From: Planctomycetota bacterium
Lineage (GTDB): Bacteria > Planctomycetota > UBA1135 > UBA2386
Length of the DNA stretch: 64,000 nt
NCBI GenBank assembly: GCA_046290465.1
Contig: JBKAGP010000001.1
Span: forward strand, 2,144,001-2,208,000
Direction: 5' to 3'
In this document: positions 50,009 through 59,082 of the stretch, piece after piece
How the letters are laid out: the number at the start of each line of letters is the position of its first letter
Numbering within the stretch: position 1 is the stretch's first letter
Position numbers and translations under genes: made by a program
The notes under the pieces: generated by a model
The model's database searches: none
Told to the model about the DNA's origin: nothing
What the model saw: only the letters and a program-made list of their open reading frames with translations

Positions 50009-50848
50009 ATGATCACGACATCCGCGGAGCTCGAAGACCTGATCGACGGAACCGTCAGCATCCCGACGATTCCGACCGTGCTGACCGAGATCACCGCGAT
50101 CTTCGACTCGCCCGACGGCTCGGCGAAGGACGCCGCCAAGGTCATCGAGAAGGACCCCGCGATCGCGACCCGCGCGCTGCGGCTCGTCAACAGCTCCTTC
50201 TACGGCCTCAAGAACCCGGTCTCGAACATCAACCTCGCGTGTTCGATCCTCGGCCTCAAGGTCATCAAGAACCTGGTCGTGCAGGCGACGGTGCTGCAGA
50301 CGTTCGGCACCGAGCAGCGCGAGGGCTTCGACGCCGACTGGCTGTGGGACCACAGCTTCAAGACCGCGGTCGCCTGCCGCCTGCTGGCCGAGCAGTCGCC
50401 GGTCGCCGAGGACTTCTCCAAGGACGACGCCTACACCTGCGGCCTGATCCACGACATCGGCAAGCTGATCCTGCTCGACTCGCAGGAGGACCGCTTCACC
50501 GAAGCGCTGCAGCTGTCGCGCGCCAACGACATGCCGCTCGCCAAGGCCGAGGGCGAGGTGTTCGGCTTCAACCACGCGCACGTCGGCGGCCTGCTCGCCA
50601 ACCGTTGGAAGCTCGCGCCGAGCGTGCAGGCGGCGGTGATGTACCACCACAGCCCGGCGACCAACCCCGAGGACTGGGCGCGTGGCTTCCTGGTCAAGGC
50701 CGCCAACAGCTACGCCCACCTGGCCGCCTCCGGCGACGGCGGCTGGATCGGGGACGTGCTCGACGAGGACGCGCGCGCAGCTCTCGGCCTGAGTGACGAG
50801 CAGCACCAGGAGATCCTGCAGATGACCTCCGAAGCACGCATGGAGTAG
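50009..50848 (+). CDS. HDOD domain protein
   Basis: IPTIP, DPAIATRALRLVNS, LWDHS, GLIHDIGK, HAHVG, W.L...HH. Confidence 0.9.
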   Translation: MITTSAELEDLIDGTVSIPTIPTVLTEITAIFDSPDGSAKDAAKVIEKDPAIATRALRLVNSSFYGLKNPVSNINLACSILGLKVIKNLVVQATVLQTFGTEQREGFDADWLWDHSFKTAVACRLLAEQSPVAEDFSKDDAYTCGLIHDIGKLILLDSQEDRFTEALQLSRANDMPLAKAEGEVFGFNHAHVGGLLANRWKLAPSVQAAVMYHHSPATNPEDWARGFLVKAANSYAHLAASGDGGWIGDVLDEDARAALGLSDEQHQEILQMTSEARME

Positions 50849-50887
50849 GCGTGTCGCCGGCGCGCGGAGCACGGTAGCTTCGTCGCC

Positions 50888-51505
50888 ATGCAGATCGACC
50901 GCCAGCTCGACCGCGACGGCCTGGCGCCGCGGACGCGCGCGCTGGTCGGCGCCGCCACTGCCGTCTGGCGCGCCGACTGGCCGCAGTTCCGGGCCTGGAT
51001 CGAGGCCGCCCGAGCACGCGACCACCGACGCACCGATGTCGACGAGACGCTGCTGATGTGCGTGCTGTTCTGCGGGTTCCCGCGGGTCATCACCGCCTGG
51101 GAGCACTTCGCCGACGCGTGGCCCATCGGCGCCGCACCGACCGGCGGCGCCCTGCCGCTCGACGAGCAGTTGCCCGCAGGTCGCGAGCTGTTCGCGTCGA
51201 TCTACGGCCGCAACGACGCGCCCGTGCGCGAGATGCTGCGCGGCTACCACCAGGAGCTGCACGACTTCGTGCTCGAGTCGGCCTACGGCCGCATCCTGGC
51301 GCGGCCCGGCCTCGCTGCGGTCACCCGCGAACTGGTCGCCGTCGGGGTACTCGCGGCGCAGCAGCAGAAGCGGCAGTTCGCCGGCCATGCGCGCGGGGCG
51401 CAGCACCTGGGCGCGAGCCGCGACGAACTGCGCGAGGTGCTGGTGACGACGTTCGACGGCGACGAGGATCGCGTCGGCGAGTGGTTCGGACGGGTGCGCA
51501 CGTAG
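50888..51505 (+). CDS. Carboxymuconolactone decarboxylase family protein
   Basis: ETLL..LFCGFPR, YGRILARPGL...RELVAV, HARGA..LGAS..EL.E. Confidence 0.82.
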   Translation: MQIDRQLDRDGLAPRTRALVGAATAVWRADWPQFRAWIEAARARDHRRTDVDETLLMCVLFCGFPRVITAWEHFADAWPIGAAPTGGALPLDEQLPAGRELFASIYGRNDAPVREMLRGYHQELHDFVLESAYGRILARPGLAAVTRELVAVGVLAAQQQKRQFAGHARGAQHLGASRDELREVLVTTFDGDEDRVGEWFGRVRT

Positions 51506-51597
51506 CGCGCGTCATCGGCAAGCCGGTGGCTGGTGTCGCGGTCCGGCTCGGACGGGCGGGCGTTCGCGCCGCGCGGGCTCGGCCGCGCGGGCGTCGG

Positions 51598-51736
51598 TGC
51601 GAGATGCCGTCCGTACAGAAAGGAAGACTCTCCACCTCGCCCCCGGAAACCAGAGCAACGTGCCCGAGTTTCCTCGGTGGAGAGTCTCGTTGGTTGCCCA
51701 TGATCAAGGCTCACACCAAGGCCACGGACACTCGCA
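51598..51736 (-). ncRNA. Putative structured ncRNA (6S RNA-like closing stem)
   Basis: Ends pair (TGCGAG-TGTCCGT with ACGGACGGCATCTCGCA); inner 12-bp stem AGACTCTCCACC/GGTGGAGAGTCT capped by GGAAAC/GTTTCC; lies in a ~360-bp intergenic gap. Confidence 0.35.
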
Positions 51737-51863
51737 ACTACCCTGGCGCCCCGACGCGGTTTCGGTTCGTGTCCAAAAAAAGTCCAACCCGCGTCGAGCC
51801 CAGGCGCCGTTGCCACCGGGATCGGGCCGACCGCACGCCACGGGGTATCATTCGGCCGCCCAG

Positions 51864-52487
51864 ATGACCTCGTCCGAAGCCCCCGAACCCAGACATCCAC
51901 ACCGCGACGCCACCGAATGGGGACGTCTCGTGGAGAGTCTGGACGTGGCGAGCATCTTCGTCGTCATCGGCAGCTGGCTGTCGCCGCGCCTGCGTGCCGA
52001 GGTGACCGCCGAGGACATCTGGCAGGAGACGTTGTGGGGTTCGTGGCGCGACCGCGACCAGCACGAGTGGCGCAACCTCGCTGCCTGGCGCGCCTGGCTG
52101 CTGTCGATCGCCAAGAACCGGGTCCGGGACGCGGGTCGGCTGATCGGACGGACCAAGCGCGGCGGCGACCACCAGATCGCGCCGTTCTCGATGCTCGGCC
52201 CCGACTCGGTTTCGTCGCTGCTGCCGCCGGGCTCGACCACGCCGAGCCGGGTCGCCGGCTTCCGCGAACGGGCGCGGGCGATGGAGACCGCGCTGCAGGG
52301 CCTCGACGAGGACCTGCGTGCGATCGTGCAGCTGCGGTTGTTCGAGGAGATCCCGATGCGCGAGATCGCGACGCAGCTCGGGCTGCCGCTGTCGACCGCG
52401 AAGGAACGGCTGCTGCGCGGCGTCACCCGCTACCGCAACCGCCTGCGCCAGCTGCTCGGCAGCGACGGCTCGGAGTCGACGTCGTGA
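51864..52487 (+). CDS. ECF sigma-70 family sigma factor
   Basis: AEDIWQET, AWLLSIAKNRVRD, STTPSR linker, LRLFEE..MREIA..LGLPLSTAK.RL.RG. Confidence 0.88.
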   Translation: MTSSEAPEPRHPHRDATEWGRLVESLDVASIFVVIGSWLSPRLRAEVTAEDIWQETLWGSWRDRDQHEWRNLAAWRAWLLSIAKNRVRDAGRLIGRTKRGGDHQIAPFSMLGPDSVSSLLPPGSTTPSRVAGFRERARAMETALQGLDEDLRAIVQLRLFEEIPMREIATQLGLPLSTAKERLLRGVTRYRNRLRQLLGSDGSESTS

Positions 52488-55400
52488 CCGCCGCGCCGCG
52501 CGAGCCCGACACGCAGGACGAAGAACTGCTGGCCGACCTGTTCGACTCCCTGCTCCAGGAGATCCTCGAAGGGCGCACCCCGGACCTCGACCAGCTGCAC
52601 CCTGACCGCCCGGACCTTCGCGAGCGGATCGCCAAGACCTGGAGCCTGGCGTGCTCGGTCGCCGGCCGCCGCGAGCCGAGTCGGCCGGTGTTCGGTGGCT
52701 ACGAGATCCTGCGCGAACTCGGCCACGGCGGCATGGGCACCGTCTACCTGGCCCGCCACCAGACGCTGCAGCGCGACGTCGCGGTCAAGGTGTTGCCGCA
52801 GTCGCTGGCGATGTCGCCGCACGCCAAGCAGCGGTTCGTCGACGAGGCGCGCGCCCTGGCCCAGATCCGGCACGACCACGTGGTGCACCTGCACCGCATC
52901 GTCGACCACGCCGAGATGCTGGCGTTCGAGATGGAGTACATCGACGGGCCGAGCCTGTCGCAGCTGTTGGCGAAGCTGCGCAAGCACGACCGCCCGCACT
53001 CCATCGACGCGTTGGCCGATGCGCTGTCGCTGCCGGCCGACGCGTTCGGGACCCGCAGTTCGGTCGAGTGGCTGGTGAGGCTGACCATCGAGATCGCGCG
53101 CGCGCTCGGCGAGGTCCACCGACACGGCCTCGTGCACCGCGACGTCAAGCCCGCCAACATCCTGCTGCGCACCGACGGCACGCCGGTGCTCGCCGACTTC
53201 GGCCTGGCCCTGCCGAGTGACCTCGACCCGCGCAGCCGCAAGTTCGCCGGCACCCCGGTCTACGCGGCGCCCGAACGGCTGCGCGGCGACGACCTCGACG
53301 CCAGCCCGGTCAGCGACGTCTATTCGCTGGGCGTCACGCTCTACGAGGCGCTGTCGCTGACCCCGCCGTACCAGGGCAACACCACCGACGAGGTGCTGCG
53401 CGGCATCGAAGGCGGCAAGGCGACGCCGCTGCGTCGGCTCGCCCCGCACATCTCGCAGGACCTGGCGACGATCGTGCAGAAGGCGATCGAACCCGACCCG
53501 CGCCACCGCTTCGCGAGCGCCGACGACCTCGCCGACGACCTCGAACGGCTGCTCGACCTGCAGCCGATCCGGGCGCGCCCGGCCGGTCCGCTGCGGCGGG
53601 CGGTCAAGTTCGTGCGCCGGCACCAGAAGGCGTTCCTGGCGGCGTCGATGAGCGCCGTGGTGGTCGCCGCGGTCGCGTGGCCGATGGCCGCGATGGCGCG
53701 CGAGCGCGACCAACGCGCGCAGGCGGCGGCCGCGGCGAGGCACCGCGGGCGCACGGCGTTACTGCACCAGGAGAGCCTGCCGTCGTGGTGGCGCAGCGTG
53801 CGCACCGCCGACCGCACCGTGCATCTCGGCGAACGCGACGAGGTCCGACTCGAAGCGCTGGCAGCCGCGCTCGGCCACTACGACGAGGCGCTGGCGGCGA
53901 CCCCCGACGACGCCCCGCTGCGGCTCGAGGCCGCCGCGGTCCGCGCCGCACACGACCGTCTGGCGGCGACTCCCACCGACACCGTCGACCTGACCCCGCT
54001 CGCCGACGACCCGTTCGCGCTCGGGCTGTACGCGTTCCTGCTCGGCGACCGGACCGGCCAGCGCCAGCGCTGGGACGACCTGCCGGCCGCCCAGCGCGAC
54101 GATCCGTTCGTCGACGCGTGCACGGCGCTGCGACTGTCGGCCGAGGGCACGGCCTCGCTCGCCTACCCACGGGTGTTCCACGCCGCGCGCGCGTTCCCCG
54201 AGGCGACCGCGCTGATCGTGGCGATGGCCGACGGCGCGCTCGCGGCCGGCGACGTCGACGACGCCCGCCGCTGGTCCGAACAGCTCCCCCACCGCGACGA
54301 CCTGGTGCTCGACACGCCGCGGCGCCTGCTCGCGGCCGACCTGCTCGCCGCCGACGGCGACGTCGAGGCGGCCAGGCGCCAGCTCCGCGAACTCGCGATC
54401 CAGCTGCGCTCCGACCCGCGACCGCAGCTGCGCCTGGTCGAGCTGGCGCTACGCGAGAACGACCTGAAGACCGTCGCGCGCCTGTGCCGGCAGCTGCTCC
54501 GGCAGTGGCCGGACCTGTGGCAGGCGCGGCGCCACCTGGCCCGCCTCGAACTGCAGCGCCGCGACCTGCCGGCCTACCTCGCGCACGTTCGCCACGCGCA
54601 GCGCAGCGACCCCGCGCACTACGAAGCGCTGCTGAACCTGGCCGGCCTGCGCCACCAGGGCCGGCCGCTGCGCGAACCCCCGGTGGTGCCGATCCAGACG
54701 CTGTGCGACCAGCGGCAGCGACGCGGCATCGTGCAGGCGCTCGACGTGCTGCCCGAGTTCGACCGGCTGACCGAGCTCGCCGCGCACCTCGATCCGACGC
54801 CGACCGGCAGCGCGATGCTGACCGCTTCGCTGTGCGCGCTGCGCTTCCCCGACGTGACCGCGCGGCTACCGGACCTCGGCAAGGGCACGCTGGCGATCCT
54901 GCCGCTGCTGCGCGGCGAACTCGCGCGCTGGCTCAATCCGGTGCTGCTGCCGTACCGGACCGCGCTCGGCGCGCACTTCCGACTGATCGAGGACCGCATC
55001 TTCGTCCGCTACGCCAACCCGGACTACGAGCAGTTCTACGGCAACCAGGTGCTCGATGTCGGCGACCTCGACGGCGACTCGCTGCCGGACGTACTGATCT
55101 CGGCGCCGCCGGGCAACGGCAACGTCGGCAGCGGCTTCGTCGAACTGCGCAGCCGCGTCGACGGCACGCTGCTGTCGACGTGGCGCAGCGACGACCGCTT
55201 CAACCTGTTCGGCCAGGCGATCGCCAACCTGCGCGACGTCGACGGCGACGTCTGCAACGACATCCTCGTCAGCAGTCCGTGCGGGCCGGGCGGCATCGAC
55301 GAACCGGCCCACGTCGAGCTGCGCTCCGGACGCACCGGCGACGTGCTGTGGCGGGTCTCGGCCGACAAGCCTTCGTTCGGGGCCGTGCTGGCGGTGATCG

Positions 55401-56191
55401 ACGACATCGACCGCGACGAGGTGCGCGACTTCGCGGTCGGCATCCCGCCGCTCCGCATCGGCGAACCGGGCCGCGTCCGGATCTGCTCGGGGCGCGACGG
55501 CCGCGCGCTGCGCGAACTCGATCCGCCGCGCCAGGACACCTGGTTCGGCGGCGCGCTGGCGCACCTCGGCGACCTCAACGGCGACGGCTACGGCGAACTG
55601 CTGGTCAGCGGCCAGTACGGGCGCGCGCCCGGCCTCGCGGTCGTGTTCGACCCGCGCACCGGCGCCCGCCTGCTGACGCTCAACGACGAACGCACCCACA
55701 CTGCGTTCGGCTACGCGGTCGCGGCGCTCAAAGACGTCGACGGCGACGGCTTCGCGGACTTCGCGATCGGCTCGCCGGGCGACGGCGCCGGCACGGTCGC
55801 GGTGCTCAGCGGCCGCAGCGGCGAACCGATCTACGAGGTGCACGGCGAACGGCGCGGCGAGGAGTTCGGCAGCCGGCTGTGCGCGATGCCCGACTGGCGC
55901 GGCGACGGCCAGCCGGCGCTGGCGGTCGGCAGCCTGCGCGGCGGGCCGCACGGCGGCGGCTCGATCCGCGTGTTCGACGCGCGCAGCGGCGCGCCGCTGC
56001 AGACGTTCGCATCCACCGGCGGCCTGTTCGGCTACTCGTTCAGCGACCTCGGCGACCTCGACGGCGACGGCCTGCGCGACCTCGGCATCATGTCGGTGCG
56101 CGGCGCCGGCGACGTGCACATGATGGTGATGAGCTTCGCCGACCTGCTGGCCGGCCGCTGGCCCGGCGAAGCCCCCACAAAGGGGCGCTGA
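52484..56191 (+). CDS. Ser/Thr protein kinase fused to helical repeats and C-terminal FG-GAP/integrin-alpha propeller
   Basis: LGHGGMGTVY, VAVKVL, HRDVKPAN, DFGLA, GTPVYAAPE; hydrophobic segment; about 7 FG..GDxDGDG repeats. GTG start overlaps the sigma stop (GTGA). Confidence 0.9.
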   Translation: MTAAPREPDTQDEELLADLFDSLLQEILEGRTPDLDQLHPDRPDLRERIAKTWSLACSVAGRREPSRPVFGGYEILRELGHGGMGTVYLARHQTLQRDVAVKVLPQSLAMSPHAKQRFVDEARALAQIRHDHVVHLHRIVDHAEMLAFEMEYIDGPSLSQLLAKLRKHDRPHSIDALADALSLPADAFGTRSSVEWLVRLTIEIARALGEVHRHGLVHRDVKPANILLRTDGTPVLADFGLALPSDLDPRSRKFAGTPVYAAPERLRGDDLDASPVSDVYSLGVTLYEALSLTPPYQGNTTDEVLRGIEGGKATPLRRLAPHISQDLATIVQKAIEPDPRHRFASADDLADDLERLLDLQPIRARPAGPLRRAVKFVRRHQKAFLAASMSAVVVAAVAWPMAAMARERDQRAQAAAAARHRGRTALLHQESLPSWWRSVRTADRTVHLGERDEVRLEALAAALGHYDEALAATPDDAPLRLEAAAVRAAHDRLAATPTDTVDLTPLADDPFALGLYAFLLGDRTGQRQRWDDLPAAQRDDPFVDACTALRLSAEGTASLAYPRVFHAARAFPEATALIVAMADGALAAGDVDDARRWSEQLPHRDDLVLDTPRRLLAADLLAADGDVEAARRQLRELAIQLRSDPRPQLRLVELALRENDLKTVARLCRQLLRQWPDLWQARRHLARLELQRRDLPAYLAHVRHAQRSDPAHYEALLNLAGLRHQGRPLREPPVVPIQTLCDQRQRRGIVQALDVLPEFDRLTELAAHLDPTPTGSAMLTASLCALRFPDVTARLPDLGKGTLAILPLLRGELARWLNPVLLPYRTALGAHFRLIEDRIFVRYANPDYEQFYGNQVLDVGDLDGDSLPDVLISAPPGNGNVGSGFVELRSRVDGTLLSTWRSDDRFNLFGQAIANLRDVDGDVCNDILVSSPCGPGGIDEPAHVELRSGRTGDVLWRVSADKPSFGAVLAVIDDIDRDEVRDFAVGIPPLRIGEPGRVRICSGRDGRALRELDPPRQDTWFGGALAHLGDLNGDGYGELLVSGQYGRAPGLAVVFDPRTGARLLTLNDERTHTAFGYAVAALKDVDGDGFADFAIGSPGDGAGTVAVLSGRSGEPIYEVHGERRGEEFGSRLCAMPDWRGDGQPALAVGSLRGGPHGGGSIRVFDARSGAPLQTFASTGGLFGYSFSDLGDLDGDGLRDLGIMSVRGAGDVHMMVMSFADLLAGRWPGEAPTKGR

Positions 56192-56194
56192 CGC

Positions 56195-56995
56195 CTACTT
56201 GCCGAGCCAGCGACGCCGCCGCATCGCGCGCTCGACGCGAGCATGCAGCGACCGCCAGCAGGCGTGCCGCGCGGCGCGGTCGAGGCCGAGCCCGCGCAGG
56301 AAGCGCATCGTCTCGGCACGGCTCGGCACCGCGGCGAGCCGGCTGCGGTGCTTGACGACGTAGCGCTGCATGCGCGCCAGCATGTCGTCGCGCGCGCGGT
56401 CGCCGACCGGCACTTCGATGCGCGCCCGGTCGAGGTCGACCAACACCGCGCGGACCTTGTCGCCGCTCGGCCAGCACAGCACGTTGTCGAAGTGCAGGTC
56501 CGGGTGGCGCAGGCCCGCCGCGAACGCCAGCTGCACCACCGTGCCGACCGCCTCGGCCGCGGCGCGACGCCGTTCCGGGAACTCGGCGAGGAACTGCGGC
56601 ACCGTGCGCGCCTCCGGCAACCACTCGGTGCACAACCGCAGCCGCCAGAACGCGCCGTGGCGGCGGGCCACCGCCGCGACCGGCGCGACCACGGGCACCC
56701 CTTCCTGCTGCAGCCGATGCAGCACCTCGAGCTCGTCGCGCGCCCGGGCCGGCTTCGGATAACGGTCGGCGAGCAGCGAGCCGAGCGCACCGCCCCGTCG
56801 ATACGGACGGACGACCAGCTGCCGGTCGCCGACGTCGAGCCGGCCGATGCCGCCGCGCCCCTTGGCGCCCGGCATCGGCTCGAGCCGTTCCCAGAAGACG
56901 TCGAGGTCGAGGTCGGCGAGGTCCTCGCGAACCCAGCCGACCTTCTGCCGCTCCCGCGTCTCGACGAACGAACCGAACCCAGCCACGCCGGGCAT
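56195..56995 (-). CDS. Kdo kinase (KdkA)/LPS kinase family protein
   Basis: GRGG, VVRPYRRGG, R...EL..L..L...GVPV..P, HPDLHFDNVL, LVDLDRA. Confidence 0.82.
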   Translation of the reverse strand: MPGVAGFGSFVETRERQKVGWVREDLADLDLDVFWERLEPMPGAKGRGGIGRLDVGDRQLVVRPYRRGGALGSLLADRYPKPARARDELEVLHRLQQEGVPVVAPVAAVARRHGAFWRLRLCTEWLPEARTVPQFLAEFPERRRAAAEAVGTVVQLAFAAGLRHPDLHFDNVLCWPSGDKVRAVLVDLDRARIEVPVGDRARDDMLARMQRYVVKHRSRLAAVPSRAETMRFLRGLGLDRAARHACWRSLHARVERAMRRRRWLGK

Positions 56996-57067
56996 GGTAG
57001 CGCCGGCGGGACGACCCGCGCCACGAACCGCTGGAAGTCCGACGCGGGATGGCGAATGCTGCACGCG

Positions 57068-58135
57068 ATGGACCACGCGACCGCGCCGATGGACGCCGAC
57101 ACGCTGCCGGGCGAACGCCTGCTGCCGCGCGGCGGTCGCGTGCTCGTGATCCGGCTGTCGGCGCTCGGCGACGTGCTGTTCGCGCTCGAGACCGTCGCGG
57201 CACTGCGCCGTGACCGCCCCGACGTGGCGATCGACTTCCTGGTCGAGGACCGCTTCGCGAAGCTGCTCGACGGCCACCCACAGATCGACCGCGTGCTGGT
57301 CTACCCGCGCAAGCACCGACTGCGCATTCCGGGCTCGCTGTGGTCGCTCCGCCGCACGGCCTACGACGTCGCGCTGGACCTGCACGGCATCCAGAAGAGC
57401 GCGATGCACATGTTCGCTTGCCGAGCGCGCACCAAGGTCGGCCCGGCCGCGCCCGCTTCGCGGGAAGGTGCGACGATCAGCTACGGCCTGACGGTGCCGA
57501 TGACGACGCCGCCGCCGCACCGGGCTGCGATCGGTCACATGCTGCTCGCGGCCATCGGGCTCTCGGGCGAGCCGTGCGCACCGACGATCGCGACCGACGC
57601 GCCGCCGCCCGAACTGCTCGAAGGCCTGCCGCGACCGCGCGTGCTGCTGCACCCGGGCACGTCGGCGTTCGCCGCGTTCAAGCGCTGGCCGGGCGACCGC
57701 TTCGCCGAGCTCGCGCGGCGGCTCGACGGCCGCGGCGTCGGCGTCGTCGTCGGCTACGGTCCGGGCGAGCAGGAGCTCGCGGCTCCCGCGCTGGCCGCAG
57801 CGGGGCGCAGCCGGGCCGCCGACGGCAGCCAGCTCGGCCTTGCCGGCCTCGCCGGCGTCATGCAGCAGTGCGACGTCGTGGTCGCCGCCGACACCGGGCC
57901 GCTACACCTCGGTGCCACCGTCGGCGCGCGCTGCGTCGCGATCTTCGGCCCGAAGAACCCCGACCGCTACGGGCCGCGCGCGCACGGCGACGTGCGCCAC
58001 GAACTCGTCTACCACGACGTGCCGTGCCGACCGTGCAAGCGACGCACCTGCGCCACGCCACAATGCGTGCTCGGCATCGACGTCGACACCGTCGAACGTG
58101 CCGTGCTGCGCCAACTCGAGAGCCTGCCAACGTGA
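57068..58135 (+). CDS. Glycosyltransferase family 9 (LPS heptosyltransferase-like)
   Basis: RLSALGDV, DLHGIQKS, HPGTS...KRWP, AADTGPLHL, IFGP, PCRPC. Confidence 0.9.
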   Translation: MDHATAPMDADTLPGERLLPRGGRVLVIRLSALGDVLFALETVAALRRDRPDVAIDFLVEDRFAKLLDGHPQIDRVLVYPRKHRLRIPGSLWSLRRTAYDVALDLHGIQKSAMHMFACRARTKVGPAAPASREGATISYGLTVPMTTPPPHRAAIGHMLLAAIGLSGEPCAPTIATDAPPPELLEGLPRPRVLLHPGTSAFAAFKRWPGDRFAELARRLDGRGVGVVVGYGPGEQELAAPALAAAGRSRAADGSQLGLAGLAGVMQQCDVVVAADTGPLHLGATVGARCVAIFGPKNPDRYGPRAHGDVRHELVYHDVPCRPCKRRTCATPQCVLGIDVDTVERAVLRQLESLPT

Positions 58136-58590
58136 CCCCTGTCCCGACCACCGTCATCCGGCACCCCAAGGAACGCATCAGCAAGTGCTCGCTGCGGTTC
58201 CTGCACGACCGCCCGGAGATGACGTTCTTGCGCGGCAAGCCGGAGCTGCAGTTCGACGCGACCGGCTTCCTGCTGCTCGCCGTCGACGCGCCGCCGCTGT
58301 CGCTCGACGACGCCGGCCACCCGTTGCTGCTGCTGGACTCGACCTGGAGGTGGCTGCCGCAGCTCGAGGCGTGCGTCGTCGGCAATCCGATCCGCCGCTC
58401 GATCCCGGGCGGCTTGCGCACCGCCTACCCGCGCGTCAGCAAGGTCTTCGACGACCCGGCCGCCGGCCTGGCTTCGATCGAAGCGCTCTACGTCGCGCGC
58501 AAGCTGCTCGGCGACGACGACCCCGCCCTGCTCGAGGGCTACCACTGGCAGCAGGACTTCCTCGCGATCGTCGCGAACGCCGGGCTCTGA
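58132..58590 (+). CDS. Tsr3/DTW (TDD superfamily) aminocarboxypropyltransferase-like protein
   Basis: RHPKERISKCS, LS..D, LLDSTW, RSIP, AYP, LASIEAL, YHW...FL; GTG overlaps the GT9 stop. Confidence 0.72.
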   Translation: MTPVPTTVIRHPKERISKCSLRFLHDRPEMTFLRGKPELQFDATGFLLLAVDAPPLSLDDAGHPLLLLDSTWRWLPQLEACVVGNPIRRSIPGGLRTAYPRVSKVFDDPAAGLASIEALYVARKLLGDDDPALLEGYHWQQDFLAIVANAGL

Positions 58591-58701
58591 CGGCGGCCCG
58601 GTCCGCGGACGCTGCACCCTAGTGGGCAAAGCCCCGTCCGCACGCGTACACGCCGCTTCCGCGATCACGGTCGGCAGCGCGTCCACTACATGGACGCGCT
58701 C

Positions 58702-59082
58702 CTAGCGCTGCGGTCGCGCGATCGTCACCGCGAGGCGCGGCTCACCGTCGCCCTGCCGGACCAGCACCGCGGCGGCGCGCGCATCGCCGAGCGCCGCGGC
58801 CGGCACGGTGACCGACAGCTCGGTCAGCACCTGCGCGAACAGGTCGCCCGGCAGCGGCGCGTAGTGCAGCCGCACCTCGGCCAGTCCGTCGCGCAGCGCG
58901 ACGTCGTCGAGGGCCAGTCGGTAGCCGGCCGTCGGTGCCGTCATCTCGAGGCGAAGGTCGCCGCCGCCCAGCGGGCGGGCGACCACGGCGGGACCGTCGT
59001 GATCGGGCATGCGGATCGGCGGTGCGCCGCCGGCGCAAGCCGGCAGCGCGATCAGCGATGCGAGGGCGAGGCGCCCGCGCAT
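58702..59082 (-). CDS. Lipoprotein with PrcB C-terminal-like domain
   Basis: Lipobox-like LPA|C; PTAGY and AQVLT motifs; coupled to the S8 gene (TGATG overlap). Confidence 0.6.
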   Translation of the reverse strand: MRGRLALASLIALPACAGGAPPIRMPDHDGPAVVARPLGGGDLRLEMTAPTAGYRLALDDVALRDGLAEVRLHYAPLPGDLFAQVLTELSVTVPAAALGDARAAAVLVRQGDGEPRLAVTIARPQR

